64,000 bases of DNA, taken from positions 32,001 through 96,000 of the IMG/VR virus record IMGVR_UViG_3300021255_000040. One strand, 5' to 3'. The position numbers and the translations under genes are program-made. Every line of letters begins with the position of its first letter. Position 1 is the stretch's first letter. This stretch comes from a virus (taxonomy: Duplodnaviria > Caudoviricetes). The notes below the pieces were generated by a model that had not been told where the DNA came from, searched no databases, and was given only the letters and a program-made list of their open reading frames with translations. Shown here one piece after another: positions 58,929 through 64,000 of this stretch.

Positions 58929-61900
58929 ATGGTATGTGTAGATAAAAAAAGCCCTGAGTTCCTGAGGTTAGCCAGACGCATGAATCTGGATGCTAACATA
59001 CTGGAGCAAATCATACATAAATACTACAGAGAGTCTGGTCAGGAGGAGCTTTTCCCCACTGATGTGTATGTCAATGCTCAGTTAGGGAGAACTCAGTACG
59101 AGGAGGCTATGCCCACTGTCAGACAGTTTTGGGAAAATGCTTACAGTCAGCCTAAGACTTTCAGTTCTGAAGGTGAATACAAACGAGCTTGGGTTCAGGC
59201 TATCAATTATTTTCCTAAGGAAGCTATTGTCAATTACAAAGATACTAATGGCAACTTTATTCTGGCAGTAAGGAGACCTGTGGAAAAGCTTGAGAAAAAC
59301 TCCAAGGGAATGATGATTGTGACTGATGCAGAAGGTAACAGACTGCCTATGCTGTCACATCAAGAAGCCAGGGATTATGCATTAATTACCAGTCAATTGT
59401 TGCCTGATTCAGAAAAAAGTAGTACTTTTGCAGCTGATATGCGAAGTGTAACTGAAAACCAGGACTACATCTCAGATTCTCTGGATGCAGCAATGAAGAC
59501 TGGTAGGTGGAATGACCAAGCTATAAAGGATTTAGAGAAACTAATTAAAAAGATACAAGATGGAGAAGTTGATTTTAAGCGAACAGTGGGAGAAAGATTC
59601 TCCTTCACGAAAGGCATCTCTGAAGCACATGCAGCAGCATCCCTTATCACAAGAGGATCTTATGGAGCAAGTCAAGCAAAATCAGGAGCTGCGAAAGAAA
59701 TATATGACAGAGATGCAGCCCAAGGCAGGCAGCAAGAAAGGCTGATAGAAGCATGGGCAAAGGCAGCTGACCTTTGGGTTAATGACTATACAGATGCACA
59801 AGGCCATAAAGCTAATAGTCTTGAGGGCTTAATGCACAGTCAATGGCAGTATATGGATCAGGCATCTGAAGCTGAAGTATTCAGATATGATGATACTCAA
59901 GTCATTAAGTCAATTAGTCTGTCACACTCCAATGACAATGTGGCTAAGCTACTTGACAGAATAGCTCTTTTCAATCAACTATTCCCTGAGACAGCTCTTA
60001 CCATTCAAGGATTTGGCAGAGACAAGCTGGGACACTTCAGGGTTATTGCCACTCAGAATCTTATTAATGGTAAGGAGCTGACTGATGAACAGCTCAAGAA
60101 GTTCCATGATAAGTATAAGCTTAAGGAGCAGGGTGCTTGGTTTGTCACTCCTGATGGTACAGCTCTTATCAATGACTTGACCAATGCCAATGTCATGATT
60201 GATGAGCAGGGTAACTATTATGTCATTGATGCTGATGTAGTCTTCAACACTCCTGAAATGGGTGGTAAGGTTCTTTTTGATAATTCCTTTGAGTTTCATC
60301 AGAAAGAAAGACCTGCCAGAAAGGAACGTCAGGTGATTGGCCCACAGCCATTTACATTTAATGATGGTACTGTAGTTACTGTTCCCTTCAAGCCCAATGA
60401 GCAACAGGCAGAGGCTCTAAATGCCATGAATGACTTCCTCAACTCTGATGAGACTACCATGACTCTATCAGGTTATGCTGGTACTGGTAAGACCTCGCTC
60501 ATGGAGATTATTGCTCAGAAGGCAAAGAGACAGCATAAACCCATCATGTTCAGTGCTACCACCAACAAGGCTGCTGCTGTCTTGAAAGCAAGAGTCTCTA
60601 AGGCAGGTTTTGATGCTCAGACACTGAACAAGGTATTTGGTATTAATGTAGAAGTTGATTCTTCCAAGGCTTATAATGCAAGGAACCTGGTTACTGCTTT
60701 GAGAGATGCTGACATCATGCCTGGCACTACAGTAGTCATTGATGAAGCCTCTATGATTAATGAGGAGAACTATAGAATCCTCAACAGAATAGCCCGTGAG
60801 AATGGTCTGAAGATTATCTATGTTGGTGATAAGGCACAGCTTGCTCCAGTCAATGAGACTCAGGTCTCTAAGGTATTTAGAAACTCTGAAGGCAGGGTTG
60901 TAGAGCTTACTCAGGTAGAGCGTACTGATGACAATGCTATCCTTAAGGAAGCTACTAACATCCGCAATGGCCTGCCTCTGTCTGGTGAATCTAGTTTCAA
61001 TGAAAGAGGTGAAGGTGTAGGGTATCTTACTCCTAAAAGCCGTGATGAGATTGGTAAAGTTATCAGGCACTACATCCAAGGACTCAAGGATAATCCTAAC
61101 TTCTTCAGGATTCTGGCTTATACTAATAAAAAGGTAACAGAGTACAATGACTTTGTGAGAACTCTCCTTGGTTACACAGACCCTATTCCTCATGTTGGTG
61201 AACCTCTGACAGGTTACAATAACTGGGGTTATGACTGGAGAACTAAGAGTTATAGATTCATTAACTCTGAGAGCTATAAAGTTACAAGAGTTGGCAAACC
61301 TGCACAGTCTAAAATTTCTGTGAATGGTCAGGAGTTTACTATGACCTATGTTCCTGTTACTATGGAGAACTCTCTTGGTGAGAGTGACACCTTTAATTAT
61401 ATGGATATTAAGGGTAATCAGGAGAATAGACAAGCAGCTCTTCAACTGGCTACTCAGAAGAAAACTCTGTGGGAGCAATATAGACGTGCTGTTGGTAGAG
61501 AGGCTAAAAGTAACATCTTATCCCAGATTAACTCTATTGACCAGTTCCTCTTTGTCAATGACAATATTGAAGACCCAACTACTCATAATCTGCTCCAGCC
61601 TAAGACTGTAGATTTTGGTTATGCCCTAACTATCCATAAGTCCCAGGGGTCTACTTTCACTCATGTTCTCATGGATGATATTGATGTGGCAAAAGCAGGC
61701 AACACATTAAACAATGCTGCCAATGCTATGTCTGTAGTTGACTTGGGTGATGCAGGAATGGTTGCTGATGCTTCTATGGAAATGAGGGGCTCTGAGGATG
61801 TTGACTTAGGTGATTTGTCCTCAGTTCCTGCTGAAGAGCCATCTAGTAGTAATCCTAATATTGCTAATGTTCGTCAGCAGTTGGAATATGTAGGTGTATC

Positions 61901-64000
61901 AAGGGCTACCAATACTGTCACTATTATATCTAATAATGTAAAGACAGAAGGCAGTCCTTTGACTCCTCAGAACTTGATTAGTAAAGAGGACAGTAATCCT
62001 TCTAACAATGAGGTTCAAGGAGAGAATATTGCCTCCAATGGCTCAGAGTTTGCCAAGAAACTTACCAATCCAGGCAATAACTTGCAGGTAGAGTACAAAG
62101 GCAAGACCTTTAGGAATGCAGAACATGCCTATCAGACATGGAAGTCTGGAGAATTTGATGAAGTAGCTTATAATAGTACAGCTTTCAAGTCTAAAGGTAG
62201 TAAACCTGCCAACAAACAGACTAACTATCAGACTATGGTAGATATACTCAAGGCTAAACTCCAGCAACATCCAGAACTGGTTGAAGGAATTACACAGAGA
62301 GGCGGAGAGGAATACCTTAAAGCCTCTACCCATAAGGTTACTGGTGACAAGTATTGGGAATCTACAGGCCAAAATAAGTTCATCGAGGCTCTTACTGAAG
62401 CTTACAATGCAATAAACCAAGGAGATAACCGTTCTAATGAAAAGACCAATCTGATTGCAGCAACTATTGGTCCATATTTCAATACTTCCTATGAGGATTA
62501 TATGGCTATGGTTCCTGAGAAACAAAAGGAGATGAGAGAAGCCTTTGCTAAAGCTGCTCATGAAGTAGCAAAAGCATTGGGCATTCCTCTTGATATGAAG
62601 CAGGCTTCTTTCAATATTGGAGGCTATGAGTTTGAAGATGGAAGTTCTGTTATAGAACCGAGTTTTACTTTTAGATTTGGAAAAGATGCTACTCCCGAAC
62701 AGGTAAGAATGTTTGCAGCTCTCATGGGAGATTTAGGATATGAACAACAAGAAGCTGTAGTTACTAGTTGGGATGTAGCAAATGAAGAAGAAAGGGATGG
62801 TGATAGACACTTTATTGAATTCAAAGAAGAGGAACTGCCACTACTTAAGCAGTTTGGAATTAAAAATTTTACCTTTGATAAAACAAGAGGTGTTTTGTCT
62901 GTCCTAAGTTTTGATACCAAAGATGTAGAGAATTTTTATAAATTAGTAGAAACTATAAAACAAAAAGAGAATGGACTTGAAGAAACTCAAAGAAGAAACC
63001 CCAGAAGAGCGTCGTTTAAGACTTTCTATGATGAGAAAGAAGGAAGAAGAGCTTTGTACGAAGCTTGGAGTGTCAATGCCAAAGACAGAAGTGCCGAAGA
63101 AGGAAGACCCTCTGGAAGTGACAATCTCGTTCAAGAAGCACTAGAAAAGCTTCAAAATAGAGAGTTACCCATTGATAGAGAAACTCCTACTGAACAACCA
63201 CAGAAAGTGTCTCTACCCAGCTATGAATATTTCATGGACAGGTATGAAGATACTACTGTGGATGCTGTTTGGAAGATTCCATTGCTTCAGCAGTTAGATT
63301 CACAACTGACTACTGAACTGACTCCTGAAGAGAATAATGAGATTCTTGACAGAATGACAAGGATTCTTGAGGCAAAGTCTCAGGAGGATTTGTTGGACTT
63401 GCAAACTGAAGAACCTAAAGAAAAGAAAACAGTGGAACAAAACCTCACTGAGTTTGAGAAGATGACCCAACAGATTAATAACCTGTTGGACAGTAACATC
63501 ATCTCTGCTTCTGAGATTAGACATGTGGCTGAACTGGTGGTTAACTCCATCAGTGACACCATTACTATTCTACAGAAGGAAGATGGTGCTGCTGAGAAGT
63601 TCTTCCCTAACATTGAGACCAAGATTGACTTTAAGACAGCTTCTCGTAAGGATATAGTTGAAGCCATTGGTATTAATAACCTCATTCACAGAGCCAAGCA
63701 GCAGTTTGACCCTGAACAGAATGACTATGAGGACTTTGATACCATTGACCAGGCTGACCTTATTATAGACAACTGGGATGCCATTATGACTCTTGCTGCT
63801 GATACCTTTGCTATGACTGAGGGATTTGGTATCATGAGAAATTATGACAATGGTGGCTTCAACACTACTCAGGCTTCTACCATTGACTATGATAACTTCA
63901 ATGATTATAGCAACGACTCAGATGCTATGGCTGAATCAGAGAAGGATGAACAGGAGCATTGGCAGGTAGAGCAGAGAACTATTGATGTGCTGAACTCTAT
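58929..64000 (+). CDS. giant polyvalent protein (partial, about 1690 codons in window): kinase, Dda/RecD-like SF1B helicase, NADAR, possible SAM-lyase-like domain
   Basis: Open frame from MVCVDKKSPEF to the window end. Kinase: EAEV..VIK..LFPET..NDL..ANV..IDAD. Helicase: GYAGTGKT, DEASM, VGD.AQL, TIHKSQGSTF, YVGVSRA. NADAR: FRNAEHAYQ..K, AKLQQHPEL, DKYW. Confidence 0.9.
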   Translation, partial: MVCVDKKSPEFLRLARRMNLDANILEQIIHKYYRESGQEELFPTDVYVNAQLGRTQYEEAMPTVRQFWENAYSQPKTFSSEGEYKRAWVQAINYFPKEAIVNYKDTNGNFILAVRRPVEKLEKNSKGMMIVTDAEGNRLPMLSHQEARDYALITSQLLPDSEKSSTFAADMRSVTENQDYISDSLDAAMKTGRWNDQAIKDLEKLIKKIQDGEVDFKRTVGERFSFTKGISEAHAAASLITRGSYGASQAKSGAAKEIYDRDAAQGRQQERLIEAWAKAADLWVNDYTDAQGHKANSLEGLMHSQWQYMDQASEAEVFRYDDTQVIKSISLSHSNDNVAKLLDRIALFNQLFPETALTIQGFGRDKLGHFRVIATQNLINGKELTDEQLKKFHDKYKLKEQGAWFVTPDGTALINDLTNANVMIDEQGNYYVIDADVVFNTPEMGGKVLFDNSFEFHQKERPARKERQVIGPQPFTFNDGTVVTVPFKPNEQQAEALNAMNDFLNSDETTMTLSGYAGTGKTSLMEIIAQKAKRQHKPIMFSATTNKAAAVLKARVSKAGFDAQTLNKVFGINVEVDSSKAYNARNLVTALRDADIMPGTTVVIDEASMINEENYRILNRIARENGLKIIYVGDKAQLAPVNETQVSKVFRNSEGRVVELTQVERTDDNAILKEATNIRNGLPLSGESSFNERGEGVGYLTPKSRDEIGKVIRHYIQGLKDNPNFFRILAYTNKKVTEYNDFVRTLLGYTDPIPHVGEPLTGYNNWGYDWRTKSYRFINSESYKVTRVGKPAQSKISVNGQEFTMTYVPVTMENSLGESDTFNYMDIKGNQENRQAALQLATQKKTLWEQYRRAVGREAKSNILSQINSIDQFLFVNDNIEDPTTHNLLQPKTVDFGYALTIHKSQGSTFTHVLMDDIDVAKAGNTLNNAANAMSVVDLGDAGMVADASMEMRGSEDVDLGDLSSVPAEEPSSSNPNIANVRQQLEYVGVSRATNTVTIISNNVKTEGSPLTPQNLISKEDSNPSNNEVQGENIASNGSEFAKKLTNPGNNLQVEYKGKTFRNAEHAYQTWKSGEFDEVAYNSTAFKSKGSKPANKQTNYQTMVDILKAKLQQHPELVEGITQRGGEEYLKASTHKVTGDKYWESTGQNKFIEALTEAYNAINQGDNRSNEKTNLIAATIGPYFNTSYEDYMAMVPEKQKEMREAFAKAAHEVAKALGIPLDMKQASFNIGGYEFEDGSSVIEPSFTFRFGKDATPEQVRMFAALMGDLGYEQQEAVVTSWDVANEEERDGDRHFIEFKEEELPLLKQFGIKNFTFDKTRGVLSVLSFDTKDVENFYKLVETIKQKENGLEETQRRNPRRASFKTFYDEKEGRRALYEAWSVNAKDRSAEEGRPSGSDNLVQEALEKLQNRELPIDRETPTEQPQKVSLPSYEYFMDRYEDTTVDAVWKIPLLQQLDSQLTTELTPEENNEILDRMTRILEAKSQEDLLDLQTEEPKEKKTVEQNLTEFEKMTQQINNLLDSNIISASEIRHVAELVVNSISDTITILQKEDGAAEKFFPNIETKIDFKTASRKDIVEAIGINNLIHRAKQQFDPEQNDYEDFDTIDQADLIIDNWDAIMTLAADTFAMTEGFGIMRNYDNGGFNTTQASTIDYDNFNDYSNDSDAMAESEKDEQEHWQVEQRTIDVLNS
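59423..59430 (+). promoter_or_regulatory. internal Bacteroidota promoter inside the giant gene
   Basis: TTG at about 59400, 20-nt spacer, TACTTTTG(CA). Confidence 0.6.
59560..59745 (+). CDS. nested +1-frame 61-aa ORF overlapping the kinase N-terminus
   Basis: A-rich leader, upstream internal promoter, local codon and CG shift in the main frame. Confidence 0.55.
   Translation: MEKLILSEQWEKDSPSRKASLKHMQQHPLSQEDLMEQVKQNQELRKKYMTEMQPKAGSKKG
62971..63144 (+). CDS. nested +1-frame 57-aa ORF (MDLKKLKEETPEERRLRLSMMRKK...)
   Basis: Leader AACTATAAAACAAAAAGAGA-ATG; TACCTTTG at 62870-62877; CG-enriched overlap. Confidence 0.5.
   Translation: MDLKKLKEETPEERRLRLSMMRKKEEELCTKLGVSMPKTEVPKKEDPLEVTISFKKH

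Noticed and set aside
61348-61611. 87-aa alternative-frame ORF within the helicase as a third nested gene
   Set aside because: No internal promoter or A-rich leader; the Leu-rich composition is what frame-shifted NNT codons produce; no codon shift in the main frame
59979-63685. Minus-strand ORFs, including 336 aa at 60468..61478
   Set aside because: Antisense shadows of the giant plus-strand gene, with no recognisable motifs
1-64000. Stop-codon reassignment (TAG or TGA), as in some crAss-like phages
   Set aside because: Core genes are intact under code 11, TGA forms many ATGA overlaps, TAG ends several genes, and no suppressor tRNA is seen
1-64000. CRISPR array or diversity-generating retroelement
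   Set aside because: No repeat-spacer array, reverse transcriptase or TR/VR pair seen; the 23-bp array has only 5-nt gaps

Overview
This is 64 kb of a large lytic-type Bacteroidota phage, most likely crAss-like (Crassvirales), using the standard genetic code. The host assignment rests on repeated TAnnTTTG -7 promoters and A-rich translation starts without Shine-Dalgarno sites. Left (1-5.5 kb, minus strand): tRNA-Met, a candidate structured RNA, an operon led by a Gly-rich/CCC coiled-coil membrane protein, and a DUF559 nuclease. After a strand switch (about 5.5-5.8 kb) comes an early/accessory region: small ORFs, two tRNA-Arg genes, HNH homing endonucleases, a truncated tyrosine recombinase and an antisense tail-fibre-like/PHP cassette. 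The replication and nucleotide block follows: SF2 helicase, DnaB-like helicase, AAA ATPase, SSB, primase, rIIA, rIIB split by two related group I introns (LAGLIDADG and GIY-YIG cargo), ung, nucleases, nrdD/nrdG, dut, retropepsin, polA, thyX. From 58929 a giant polyvalent ORF, absent from the ORF track, runs off the window end. It carries kinase, Dda/RecD helicase, NADAR and possible SAM-lyase domains. The most novel-looking signal is that two of its potentially toxic domains each have a small +1-frame ORF nested in or just after them, behind an internal host-type promoter, suggesting overprinted antidote genes. All calls are by-eye motif recognition; no searches were run.
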